Shown: piece after piece, positions 1 to 11,419 of the stretch
How positions within the stretch are numbered: position 1 is the first letter of the stretch
Layout of the letters: every line of letters starts with the position of its first letter
Notes under the pieces: model-generated
What the model was told of the DNA's origin: nothing
Databases searched by the model: none
Seen by the model: only the letters and a program-made list of their open reading frames with translations
Translations under genes and position numbers: made by a program
NCBI GenBank assembly: GCA_028534125.1
Contig: CM052817.1
Coordinates: forward strand, 40,798,001-40,862,000
Source of the DNA: Lama glama
Taxonomy: Eukaryota
Reading direction: 5' to 3'
Length of the DNA stretch: 64,000 bases

Positions 1-898
1 AGTCTGCTTTTTAGTGCCAACTTCCTCTGCCTGCTCCATTGTTTGTGGCCGGTGTGGCCACCATTGCTCCTGAGTGGTACCATGGTCCTGGCCCTGGTGT
101 TCCTTTGCCTAGTGTTGGCTATGCTCCTACTTGCTACTGGCCATTGGTGCACTTGGCCCCAGGGGTTTCATATGATGCCCCACTTCCTTCCCAAGTGAAA
201 GTGAACTCTGGCTCTTCATCCTTGAGCCATGGTTTCTAAGGGTGTGGCATAGCCTTGATGCCACAATGGGTTTTGTTGTTGTTATGCGGTATCAGTCCTC
301 TCATTGTCATTGTGGTCACCTAGGCACTCTCACCATCACCAGGATGAACCAGGCCCTTTCCCACAAGCATAATGACACTTATTTAAGCCCCAAACTGGGA
401 GGAGTAACTTAGTCTCTTATTATACCTGTAATATTTCCACTTTCCCATTTATTGATTCAATTTCTTCAGACTGCACCTCTCTCATGAGTCAAAATACAGG
501 TTCCCTCCAGCACTGGGTTGGAAGATGATTAATATCACACTAAATGACTTAACCCCTTAAATAGCCCAGTATCCTTTTGTGCTGACCGTCAGCCAATTAT
601 AATGCTTAAACATTGAATCTTTCCCACATTAGACAACGTCTCCTTTCCATCCCAGACAGCCAGAACAAGGCTGGGAGGATCAGGTGTGTCTCTTTGTCTA
701 TTGAAGAGTCTCTAGCCATCAGTTTCAAATATCTTGCAAAGATTCTTCCAGGGAGCATCATTATAGCTTTCAAATAAATAAACCCTGACATCTCCCTGTA
801 CCAGGACTGAAACCCCAAATTCCTGCATCAAAGGAGTAAGCTTGGCTGGGATATGGGAGTGGAACCTAAAGGACATGATGCTGGGCCCTTCTCCCTCC

Positions 899-960
899 CT
901 CCATCTCCCTCCATCTCTCTCTCTCTCTTGCTCGCTCGCTCGCTCGCTCTCCCTCCTTCC
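899..960. repeat. Pyrimidine-rich (CT)n/(CTCG)n simple repeat
   Basis: ccatctctctctctctcttgctcgctcgctcgctcgctctccc read directly. Confidence 0.85.
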
Positions 961-1079
961 TCATTTTTTCTTTTGTTTTGCACCTAGTTCAAAAAAAGTG
1001 CTATTTTGGGGGGCAAAATCTCAGCCTTGGCATGATTTAGTGAAGATGTGAAGGGGCACTGAAGAAATGACTCAATGGA

Positions 1080-1195
1080 AAGAGCATGGGCTACCAGGAG
1101 ATTTAGAATCTGGGTTCCCCTCTGTCAATATACTAGCTGTGTAAACTTGGGCAAAAACCTTAACCTCTCTGTGCCTATGATTCTGTAAAGTAGGG
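1080..1195 (+). mobile_element. MIR SINE fragment
   Basis: Core-like motif actagctgtgtaaacttgggcaaaaaccttaacctctctgtgcct...ctgtaaagtaggg. Confidence 0.75.
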
Positions 1196-1894
1196 TCAGG
1201 GGAGGGAGAAGTGGTGGATTGGACTAAATTCTTAAAAACATTCTCTTTTAATGGAAATGACCTTCTAGCAACTAGTGATGGAGAAGGCTTAGTATATACT
1301 AGGCTTTCCCACCTACCTTCTGGTTAAGGAAGAATGGAGGTCCAGCCATGTGCTCACTTGTTGCACCAAGAAAGAAGTGAGGCAGTTATTAAATTTAAAT
1401 CAGTAGTATTACTTGAGCACAGAAGATGGAACTGTTTTCCCCCAAATTGTTTTGATTGCTGCCAGTAGCTGCTATTTGGTATGAAATCCATTCAGATCAT
1501 CAAAAGCCAAAGGAACATACAGTGCATGAAAAGATGTTGTAATTGGCACCATTGTAACTCTGTACGGTGTGTGATCTTAGCTGGGAGGAAGGGAGGGCTG
1601 TCGGATAACTTGTAATCTAATTTTCTTTGTTGTAAAATAGAATGTTACTATTGTATTCCTGTGGAATAATAATTACACCATCTCAGCCAAATAGAGCGCC
1701 TTTCTCAGGAGGTGCTTAAAGAGCTCAATAGACATCCATTCAGCCTTGTAAACACAGGAAAACCTGGCTTGCTTGCATTTCTCTCAACTGAAAATTCCTA
1801 TTAGCCAGCATCTCCCCTCATCTGTCCTACCAGGATAAATGATTTTTATGCTGGTGAACCTGACGGCCCAAGAGACACTGAAGTGCCTTCTGAA

Positions 1895-2045
1895 TCATCA
1901 AAGAATTATGAAACCTTCAATGGAGTTTCAGTGTTAACTGCAATTTATGACAGCCTAATTTTTTTGAAAAGTGGTAATTCACGTGTTGCATAGGTGATAA
2001 TCGGTTGGAATAGTTGATTAATCAGACTGCTCTATTTTCTGACCA
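1895..2045. mobile_element. MER121-like ancient conserved repeat
   Basis: ttcaatggagtttcagtgttaactgcaatttatgacagcctaatttttttgaaaagtggtaattcacgtgttgcatagg matches my recollection of the MER121 core; not database-verified. Confidence 0.55.
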
Positions 2046-2130
2046 GACTGAAGTACAGTATTTACAGTAACTGCAACACTGGCTCTCAGTGGAAGCAAGG
2101 TAAATGAAACTAGTATTCTGTATCCTTACC

Positions 2131-2197
2131 ATTTTTTTATTGAGGTATAATTGACATACAATATTATATTAGTTTCAGATGTACAACATAATGGTTT

Positions 2198-2247
<50 letters not shown>

Positions 2248-2725
2248 TGATCACCACAGTAAGTCTAGTTAACATCTGTTACCATACATAGTTGCATTTT
2301 TTCTGGTGATAAGAAATTTTAAGATTTACTCTCTTAGCAACTTTCAAATATGCAATACAGTATTAGTAACTAGAGTTGCCATGCTGTACATTACATTGTC
2401 ATGACTTATTTACTTTATAGCTAGAAGTTTGCAGCTTTTGAGTCTCTTCACCCATTTCAGCCCCACACCCCAGCCCCAATCCCTGCCTCAATCTGTTCTC
2501 TCTAACTATGAGCTTTTTTTTGTTTAATTTTTTTTTAAGATTCCACATATAAGTGAGGTCACATGGTATATGTCTTCTTCTATCTGACTTATTTCACTTA
2601 GAATAATGCCCTCAAGATCCATCCATATTGTCTCAAATGGCACAATTTTATTCTTTTTATGGCTAAATAATACTTTATTTATATATAAATAAATCATCCA
2701 TTCAGCCGTTGATGGAGACAGTAGG
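2131..2725 (-). mobile_element. L1 3' end (ORF2 C-terminus + 3'UTR), 5'-truncated
   Basis: ORF 2524..2748(-) PSTAEW...KKNKIVPFETIWMDLEGIILSEISQIEEDIYHVTSLICGI resembles the L1 ORF2 C-terminus; T-rich tail ttttttattgaggtataattgacatac at the left end. Confidence 0.92.
2201..2244. repeat. (AT)22 microsatellite inside the L1 3'UTR
   Basis: Perfect AT run read directly. Confidence 0.97.
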
Positions 2726-3154
2726 GTTCTCTGTGGCTTGGCAGGCATACATTATTACTCTTTCTGGGAAAATGATCATTTCTAGAACTTACTCTTCAAC
2801 TTCTACATTAATTTCTAAAATAAATGAGAAGAGAAAATAGGTAAATTATAAAAATAGAATATATTGCTTCTTATGGCTTTGTGATCCCCAGGGTCATTGT
2901 TGATTACTAGCCTGTTAGCTCTTACAGTAAAGGTGAGTATCTTTAAAACTGAATTTTGTATGATATTTATTACAGCCTCTTCAAAAACAGAGATTCCTTT
3001 AGGAGAGTATCAGTGCAGTAGATTTAATTGTGTTAATCGATCTATTCTAAATGTTTTATTAAAACATAAGATCTTAAATCAATTAAGATTAACTTGATAA
3101 CTTTTTTTTTTAATGTCCAAACTCTTAAAAAAAAAGTATTAGAATTGGTATTGT

Positions 3155-3510
3155 GCTCAGGTTCACTGCAAAGAATAGAAAAACTCAGGAATATGTAAAG
3201 AAGAAAATAAAAAAATCCATTATTCCATCACCCAGAGAAAACTATTATTGCCTTTTGGTATATTTCCTTTCATTGTCTTCTTACGTAGACATGTAAACCT
3301 TTTACAAAGGTAGCATATAGTACAGGTACTGTATGCTGTCCGCCACCGACATTACATAAAGGACATTTTCTGGGTGAGTTAAATATTCTTTAAAGACATA
3401 TTTACTGCTGACTATATTTATGAATCATCATTTATCAATCCAATCTCCTGTTATTAGACTTTAGGTGGTTTCCAAATTTTGCCTTTTTAATGCTTCAGCA
3501 AGTATCTTTG
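3155..3510 (-). mobile_element. Old L1 (L1ME-like) 3' fragment
   Basis: taaagaagaaaataaaaaaatccattattccatcacccagagaaaactatt and caatctcctgttattagactttaggtggtttccaa are typical of L1ME 3' ends. Confidence 0.6.
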
Positions 3511-3519
3511 CTCATTTGT

Positions 3520-3600
3520 TTGTCCATCCATTCATTTATTCAATCAGTTTTTACTGAGGACTGTGTGCCAGGCTCTGGGCCAGTAGTTGAGAATACAACA
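3520..3600 (-). mobile_element. L2 3' tail fragment
   Basis: catccattcatttattcaatcagtttttactgaggactgtgtgccaggctctggg. Confidence 0.65.
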
Positions 3601-3614
3601 TTAATCATAACCCT

Positions 3615-3910
3615 CCTAATAGCTAACATTTATTACCATTACTAATTATGGACCAGGAACCTTATTAAATATTAGTATGTTAATTATATAAATATGAATT
3701 AGTATAATACTCATTCTAATAAGTTAGTATAATAGTATTAATTAAATCCTTATGAGGTAGGTATTATTATCTGTTTTCTTATTTTCTAGATAATAAAATA
3801 GAGGCTTACATAATTGAAGTTACTTGCCTAAAACACTAAGTTGGTACCTGAAAGAGCCAGAATTCAATCCCAGGCAGCCTGACTCCAGTCCAGTTCTTTT
3901 AACCATAGTG
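3615..3910 (-). mobile_element. MIR SINE
   Basis: aatagctaacatttatt...ccttatgaggtaggtattattatc...gttacttgcctaaa...gagccagaattcaatcccaggcagcctgactccag. Confidence 0.85.
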
Positions 3911-4105
3911 GCTACTGTATCAGTAAAAAAGACACTCCCTTGCCCCTACGGATGTGCAACAGTTTTAAATGTCATACTCTGAGTGATTCTCTGATTATTT
4001 TCTTAGGATAAAGTCTAGAAATATACTGAGTCAAAGAGTACAAATAATCCCAGTGAACAATACTGTGGTCAAGGTCCTAAATGGGGCAGGACTGGAGATG
4101 ACAAG

Positions 4106-4107
<2 letters not shown>

Positions 4108-4155
<48 letters not shown>

Positions 4156-4186
4156 CATCTATCCATCCATCCATCCATCCATCCAT
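4108..4186. repeat. Compound (TATC)n(CATC)n microsatellite
   Basis: Read directly. Confidence 0.97.
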
Positions 4187-4669
4187 GCATCCTGGGTCTC
4201 TGTTGTTGCTCTACCAGCAAGGTAGATAGCAGGAGATAGGTGTAGGGGTGATTCAGGCCCCTGGGAAGCTCTGGGCAATGCTTTAGCTGTCAAGGCAGAG
4301 TCAGTGGGTGGTTGCCCTTCAGAAATGTGTATTTTCTTTTGACACTGTAGGATGCAAGATAGCAGAGGGGAGGCAGCAAAGAGAGGAAGAGCTCATCAGA
4401 GGAATGAGTCTAGATGGCAAGTGAATGTGTAGCCCCTTAGAATGAATAGCGTCACAAGAAAATGCCTCTGCTTGCTACAAATTACCAGTGCAGTTAGAAA
4501 CTTTCTTATTTCAATCAGTGTTTAGGAGAGCCTTCCTTGCACCTAAATCATAAATTACTCATATGGCAAGTGACTGTAAATTTTCTTTCTGCTCCTCATA
4601 TTCCATACTTCTTAAGTTCCACTCCCCCAGATGAACATTACCTGTTCGTTGCCAGCTTTTTGTGATGCA

Positions 4670-4830
4670 GTACTGTGTAGTAGCAAAAACACAGACTTGA
4701 TTGGTGGCTGTCCTAGCTTTGGTTCCTGGCTTTGCCACTAACCTGCTGTGTGGGATTGGACAGTCTTTTAAATTCTCGATTTCTTACCTTTAAAATAATA
4801 CATAGTTGTAATGATAGTCAAATGAAGTGC
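4670..4830 (+). mobile_element. MIR SINE fragment
   Basis: tcctggctttgccactaacctgctgtgtggg...gttgtaatgatagtcaaatgaag. Confidence 0.6.
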
Positions 4831-4844
4831 CACGAGCCGAAAAA

Positions 4845-5710
4845 AATAACAGCTAACCTGTACTGAGTTCTTATTATAAGCAGCACAAAATAAGACACTG
4901 TTCTAAGTATTTAAAATGCATACATGTACGTATTCCTCTGAATAATCACATGGTAAGCTGGATTCTAGATAGCTCTATGGCTTTCACACCTGGTGTTACT
5001 TCTGTGATTATGTTACATAATGTGGCAAAAGAGACTTTGAAGATGTGATTAAGGTGACTAATAGTTGTCCTTAAGATAGGAAGATTATCTAAGTGGGCTT
5101 GGATATTATAGTCATGTAACCACATGAGCCCCTTTAAAGCAAAAGTTTTCTCTGGCTATTGGCAAAAATAGAAATCAGGGAGATTTGAAGCATGAGAAGG
5201 ACTCAAGGCAACTGTTCTTAGAAAATGGAAGAGGTCATATGAGGAGCCTGGGCAGCCTCTCCAAGCAGAGGTCGGGCTCCCTGCTGACAACTGATAAGGA
5301 AACAAGGGCTTCAGACCTATAGCTGCAAGGAACTGGATTCTGTCAATAACCTGTGTTTGGAAGTGCATTCTTCTCAGAGCCTCCAGATGAGAGCCCAGCT
5401 GGCTGTATCTTGGTTTCAGCCTTGTGGGATTCTAAGCAGGGAACCCAGTTGAGCCCACTAAACTTCTAACCCACAGAGCTGCAAGATAATGAATGGGTGT
5501 TTTTTAAGATGCTAAGTTGTGACAGCAATAGAAAAAGAATACAGGTTGCGTGCAGTAGCTACCTTTATTCTTATGCATGTTTTGCAGGTGAGGAAACTGA
5601 AGCACAGAGAAGTAAACTCACTTGTCTGAAGTCTCACAGCTATTAAATATCAGAAATGGGATGGAGGTAGTCTGTCCCCAGAGCCCAGTCTATCACAGCA
5701 ACACAGTGCC
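4845..5710 (-). mobile_element. MIR SINE split by an MLT1 LTR (pieces ~4845-4948 and ~5544-5710)
   Basis: aataacagctaacctgtactgag... on the left and ttttgcaggtgaggaaactgaagcacagagaagtaa... on the right are collinear MIR parts. Confidence 0.8.
4949..5543 (+). mobile_element. MaLR solo LTR (MLT1D/E-like)
   Basis: tatgttacataatgtggcaaaagagactttgaagatgtgattaagg, gcaaggaactggattctg, and terminus acagcaatagaaaaagaataca. Confidence 0.9.
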
Positions 5711-6399
5711 TGAGACGTTTGTGGGTACTCATTGGTTTTCCTTCTCTTCTCTATTTAGTGTAGCTTAGAGGGCACCCAGCTGCCACATTTCTCAATTTTG
5801 CCGCTGGTGGGTATCTGGTGTTATAGCACTGGGTTTGGGATAAAGATTGCATACTTGGAGCATTATTTTCATTCATGGGAGGAGGTCTTTTTATAATATA
5901 ACAAATCTGAATATTTCATAGGCCAGAATACAAAAGGTAAAACCAGAGATTTCAAAGAAACTTTATGTTTTTGATGATCTCTTTACTGTGAAAAATACTT
6001 GATTAAAAAATAGTCTGAGACGCACTGAGCTGATATAGTCAAATTAATTTACACCTTTTCTTCCCATTTTCTTTCCTAAACTCACAGTGAGTTTGCTGTA
6101 CCAGCTAGAATTCCTGAATGAGAATCAGGAAATCTGGACCCAGCTATTCATCACCATCCATCCAACCATCCATCTTCTATTCATGGAGTCTAACAAACAT
6201 TTGTAGAATGCTGCTATTTGCCTGGAGTGTCTCGAATACAATGTGACTTGATGAAGTAATACAAACTTTTCTAGTTCTGCTTCCTTGCATTTAAAACTAG
6301 GCGATTTGAAAAACCTTTCTCTAGGGTCTCTCTATTAACAAATGAATGCTTTTTACAGTTCTTGTATGTGCTGACCTCTGGATTTGACAAAGGAGGACG

Positions 6400-6575
6400 A
6401 TGTTTCAAAGTCCAGCCTGGGCACCACCTGCACCAGAATCTGCTCAATGAAAAAGCAGATCCTGAGGTTGCCCCAAACCTTGTGAATCAGAAACACTGGG
6501 AGTTGGGGCCCAGGACTTCTGGTTTTAACCAAGTTCTCCGGGTTATTCTCATGCACACTTAAAAGTTTGAAAGGA
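6400..6575. mobile_element. MER5-like hAT-Charlie DNA transposon
   Basis: accacctgcaccagaatc...gcagatcctgagg...gaatcagaaac...ttttaaccaagttctccgggttattctcatgcacacttaaaagtttga. Confidence 0.8.
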
Positions 6576-6689
6576 TACGAAATAAAGATATAACATAGGC
6601 TCTGTGTCCTAAAAATATCTCCCATATTAAAAGACAAGCCTTATAGGTTTGGAAAGAGAAACACGGCATACCTGCGTGTATCAGTCTCC

Positions 6690-7810
6690 TGGCCGTCACC
6701 CGACCCCCACCGGAACCTGCGACCCCAGCCAAGGCTGCGATTATGGAGCGTATCTGGCCCAGCTCCTGTGCCTGCAAAGTCACCTTTCCCCTTCTGGGGC
6801 TTACCTGTGCCTGCCCCATTCAGACACGGGTTAAGGTGAGAACGTGTGCGGGAGTGCCCCCTCCCAGGCTTCGGGAGCCTTCCCTTTCCCAGAGGGAGGG
6901 TGGGGCTGGCGCAGGCCGCCCGGGAGCCCCTGCGGGCAGCTCGTGCTTTGCAGCGGTAACCCGCCGGTCAGCCCCGGCCTGAGGCAGCCTTTTTCACCTC
7001 CTTCGGCGCGGAGAGGGGAGCTGGGGAAGCGGGTCACCCCGGCCGGCCCGGTAAGCAGACCCTCCCGGCCTTCGCCTCTAGCTCTCCCGCGGAGCGTCAG
7101 GCCTCGGCCACAGCCGAGCGGCGTGGCCGAAGCGTGGTGCCCGGAGCCGGGCCGCCAGTGCCCGCGCCTCGGCGCTCTGCCCGCCGGTGCCCTTGCCCGC
7201 GCGCGGCGCCCGTCCTGCGGCGCGTTGGCCCTCCCGCCACCCCCTCGGCGGGGCCCTTCCCTTTACTCTGGTGATAGTGACATTCAGCGGGAAAGGCGAG
7301 CGCAGACGGCAGCGCCCCGCTCCCGCGGCGCGGGCGGCTCGGGCGGTGGACCTGGCCGCGCGCACTCGCACCCCGCACCCCGGGCGGCGGCGGCCCGGCA
7401 GCCGGCGCGCTCGTCCCCGGCCCCGCCCGGGCCCGGCCCGGCCGCGGGCAGCCCTCAGCCCCGGGCCGCGCAGACCGGCCGGCTGCGGGTGAGACCTCGC
7501 CGCTCCGGCTCTCGCGCAGGGAAAGGACGGATCCGGCGCCTCGGGAGAGACCCTGCCTCACTGCTCGTATATGGCAAAGTTTCTCGCCAAGCTCTTGGGC
7601 TGCACGTTGCCGAGCAAGGGCGCCTCTCCCATGTTTGAGGTAGGTGGAGGGTGTGTCCCCGCAGCGACGGCCGTCTGCGGTGGCCGGCGACCCCTGACTG
7701 GGGCCCTGTACCGTCTCACTTGCTTGCTTTCCACCTGCAAGTCTGGGGTGGGGCAGGGAGGATGGTCGGGGGAGACCGGAAGCCCGGGAGCCTGAATTCT
7801 TGCGTCCCTG
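6690..7810 (+). promoter_or_regulatory. CpG island promoter / first-exon region of an unidentified gene
   Basis: Very high GC and CpG density against a CpG-depleted background; GC box CCCCGCCC at 7421-7428; + strand donor-like sites CGG|GTGAGA (7489) and GAG|GTAGGT (7640). Confidence 0.88.
7571..7639 (+). CDS. Candidate first coding exon, MAKFLAKLLGCTLPSKGASPMFE (23 codons, phase 0)
   Basis: ATG at 7571 (+4 G, -3 T), in-frame upstream TGA at 7490-7492, ends exactly on a codon boundary at donor GAG|GTAGGT; protein not recognised, could be 5'UTR/uORF or intron. Confidence 0.3.
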
Positions 7811-10719
7811 GACTCAGTGAATCTTGTTTTTTTACCCCCTTCTCCAGTTGACAGGCCAACACGTTTTCTGTCAATCTGGACGAGTTTTGCGAGTTGCTCT
7901 TTACCTAAAATACCACGAATGTCCGAAAATGAGGGGTATCCTGCCGGCCCTCTTTGCTGCCTAATATGTTTTTTCCTTTTTTTCCTTTTCACCTGAAAAA
8001 AAAAAAAAAGCAATACGTGCAAGCTTTCAGAAGGTTCCCACCTTCCCGCCTCCTCTACTCCCCTCCCCCAATCTCCATCCAGCACACCGCAAACTCCGTT
8101 GAAGTTAACTCATTTCTTCTTCCGGGAGTGAGATACACTGGGGACGAGAAGGGTTAAAATGCCAAGTCAGGTGAACAAATCGCAGTTCTGAAGGCAGGTC
8201 CATCTAATTGCTCACACCTGTCTGAGGTGGCGGTGATGCTGCTCTAAGCATCCCTGCAAGGGGTGGTTTATGAGAAGGCTGGCTTGCTTCCCCTCCTGGG
8301 GCCGAAGGTGGCATCAACTGCTTTATAGGAAACCTATATTGGCCACTCAGTGGGGACAGCTTCACACTGCGCAGAGGCAGCCTCCCAAACCCCCCGCCCC
8401 GAGTGGGAACAATGTGTGTCTTTTGTCTCTGTCTACTCCTGGCCTCCCCTAACAGACTGCCTGACTGCTGACTACTGGGCCTGGACCAGTGGAAGGTGGC
8501 TGTGGCCAGGTTAACCAGTGCTGCAGCGTGTGCCTACCCGGCACTCCTCCCTCAGTCCTAGGCCTCAGACAACTTTCCCTGCCAGACCCAGGCTGCTTCA
8601 GGAGCTGCCTCAGCCCTCTGTCTGCAGTTTCCTGACTGGCTAGAGAGAAACCAGACTGAAATACCTGGGTACTTGGTAGCCTGAAATCTCAACAACTGTG
8701 AAGAGCCGGGAGAAGTAAAAGTTTTCTAGGCCTGCAGATAAAATTAGCTACTTCCTGTGGCACATGGCATCTCTGCCCATTTGTTTCTCTGTGACGTAAA
8801 TGTTAGGCAGCATCTGGGGGTCGTTCTAGAGACCTGAGATACTTCTTTAAAATTGCCTTTTTCCTTGGCTTTCTCTTCACTTGTTTTTGGATTTTTGTTC
8901 TTAAATTACCAGATCCCATGCCGAGCAATTTCTGTTATATGTGCTGCCTTTGGGTTGTATATTTTTGCCTGTTTTATACTCCAGCCAATTGATGCCCCAC
9001 CTTGATTTCTAAGAACAATTGGCTCCCAGTCATTGCTGGGAGGAGGGGGCCTCAAAAACTAGTCACAGACCTATTTTGACAGTTGAGAAAATGAGTGGCT
9101 GTTTTGTCTTTGAAGAGCTCTAGGGAAAGGGAATTCGGTGCTTGGTAACTCCTTACATCTTGCTCTGTGTTATTTTAATAACAAACTTGAGGCAGGCGCT
9201 GCTGTAGCATCTGCTGTCTCCTTTCTAGAGATGATTGATTCAGTGTTGGCTGAATCAACCCCAAATACTTCACCCGGGTATCACTTTTAATCACTGTTGC
9301 TGGAAGTGTTAAGTGATCATCCGCTTCCTACCTGTGGGGGAAAACCTTTTCTCCCAAAGAAATGAATAACTGAGTCAGGAATGTGTTTCGAGTATGCTTT
9401 CTGCTCAGGCAATAACACCCTTCAGCATACTCTTACTCATAAATGAAGAGGCAGTTGTTGAGAGCTCTCTACATCTGGGAAGGAGAGAAATGTGTGAGAA
9501 AGAGGTTCTTAAACCTTTCTAAATATTCATATCCTAAAAGTGAAGGCAGTGCTAGGACGTGAGAGGATTTTAGGCAGCTTTTCATTTCCACCAAATGCTC
9601 TAATCCTAACTTCGGAGGTTACCTTTAGTTTCAGGGAGATCAAGAGTGGAGATGGATGTTTTCACAGCACGTGGTCTTGGTTTCATTTTGGTCAGGAGGT
9701 GGGCCAAGAATGTAGTTTCTCCCTGCACAGGCCAAACAGGCTTGCGCAGAGGAGATTCTGCCTGAAAGAGTACTGAGTTCCGATGGGACCTCTTGTGTGT
9801 TTGCAGTTGTCTGACAACTGAGTGACAGGTTATGGAGAACATGGGAGCAAAAAGTCACTGTGCTTGAAAGACAACGCCCGTGCGTGCTCTGCTGCGTCAT
9901 CTTCAGAGGCTAAGGACAGACGGTGTGCGTTTGAACCACAGGATGTCTTCATGATCATTTTGTTATCCTTTTCTTCTTCTTTGTCAGGTATTTAAGTTTA
10001 CAAACCAAGTCTTTGAGAAGTAATTTTAAAATTTCAAGAAAAAGCAAAGGATGCTAAGTTTATCCCAGCCGCAGCAGTGCCCTGAGCACCGGGCTAGATG
10101 TTTGAAATGATGTTTGCGCCCCACCAAGGCAGGGCCCCTGCAGAATGAGTGGGTTTGCTGGGTATCCAGCTGTCTAGAAAGGTGGGGCTTGCTGAGCACA
10201 CAGCTAGGGGTTTCAAACCTAGCAGGTTCTGCTTATATGTGTCCTGTGTGCTTGGGTGGATGGATGTCTGGCCCTGGCATCCATACCTTCGCCTTTAAGC
10301 TCTGGCGTGTTATGAACCTGTCTCCCTCCTCCAGCCTCAGTGTTGCTTTGCGTTGTACCTCAGGGCTCGTAGTGATGGGTCGGGCTCCAGGACAGGAAGT
10401 GACAGAATTACATAGTCAGAGGCGATGGCTTTTTCTTCTTCCAGGCCTCTCTTCCTTCAGTCTACAAACCTGCATTTTTAATCCTTCCATCCTTCGTCAT
10501 TTAATGGTGGGGGGACCTTTCAGCAGCCCTGCTGGGCAGAACACATCTGGCTCCACAGAAAAAGGCTGTCAGTTCCACGCCCACTGTTCATGGATGTGGT
10601 CTCTAGAATTGCTGCTCCTCTTGGATATTTACTTATTTCCACATTCTCTTTTCTGATCCCACCAGTACTTCTGCCTAACTGCAGCTACAGCTTTATTTAA
10701 ATTTATCCATAATACACAA

Positions 10720-10900
10720 TAACTATCACTTATTGCCTACTCTGGGCCAGGCATTATTCCAAGGGCATAATATACCTGATACCAGCTATCCTCGCAATAG
10801 TTTCACAGTATAGGTGTTAACAGCCATGTTTTCCAGATGGAGAAAATTAAGGTTTAGAGAGTTTAGGTGGTTTGCTTAACATCACTCTGGTAATATGGGC
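10720..10900 (-). mobile_element. MIR SINE
   Basis: tgcctactctgggccaggcatt...catgttttccagatggagaaaattaaggtttagagagtttaggtggtttgcttaacatcac. Confidence 0.78.
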
Positions 10901-11209
10901 TTCCGTGAGGATCTCAAGGTTCACCTCCCTCAACTCCTCAACTGTGGTGACTTGGTGTTTAGGGTTTTGCTTTGTTTTGCTTATTGTGTTCTACCTCAGC
11001 TTCCTTTCTAGATGTACTCTTTCTCTTTGGAAGTAGGAAAGGCAGCCCCCCACTCTTTCAGCTTCTTTCTTTCGTCGCTTCACTCTCACTGTGGTACCAC
11101 TGGGATGGCATGAGTGCCTTACTCCTGGAAGGGTTCAATCCAAGGTTGACTGAACTCAGAGGGATTGTTAAGGGAAAGATTCAAGGTCAATCGTGGTGAC
11201 CTTTCACAG

Positions 11210-11410
11210 GCAGCTTCCATCTGTGGAGCATTTTCTGTATGTTGTTCTGTCTTATTCTCCTATAATATTGAGAAGGAAGTCGTGTTGTCTTCCCTGTTTC
11301 AGAAACGAGGAAGCCAAGGCTCAGTCATTACATGAATTGTCCAAGGTCACTACCTACTAAGGGTCTGATCTGGGAGGTAAATCCTGGACTCTGATGCGGC
11401 ATGCTTTGCC
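11210..11410 (-). mobile_element. MIR SINE
   Basis: tttcagaaacgaggaagccaaggctcag...ttgtccaaggtcac. Confidence 0.7.
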
Positions 11411-11419
11411 AGCCAGCTG

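Noticed and set aside
1..420. Possible ERVL-class internal fragment or coding remnant (ORF 39..239)
   Set aside because: Only a vague compositional impression; no recognisable gag/pol motif, and the segment is cut by the window edge
6743..8085. Long overlapping ORFs on both strands (e.g. 6844..7638 +, 264 aa; 7097..7561 -; 7558..8085 -)
   Set aside because: Pro/Arg/Gly/Ala-rich translations in several frames are expected from stop-codon depletion in a CpG island; no recognisable domain
9235..9258. Perfect 9-bp inverted repeat ttgattcag-N6-ctgaatcaa
   Set aside because: A stem this short is expected by chance in 64 kb and is far too short for a pre-miRNA
10114..10656. 180-aa plus-strand ORF
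   Set aside because: Non-ATG start, composition typical of random intronic sequence, no domain recognised
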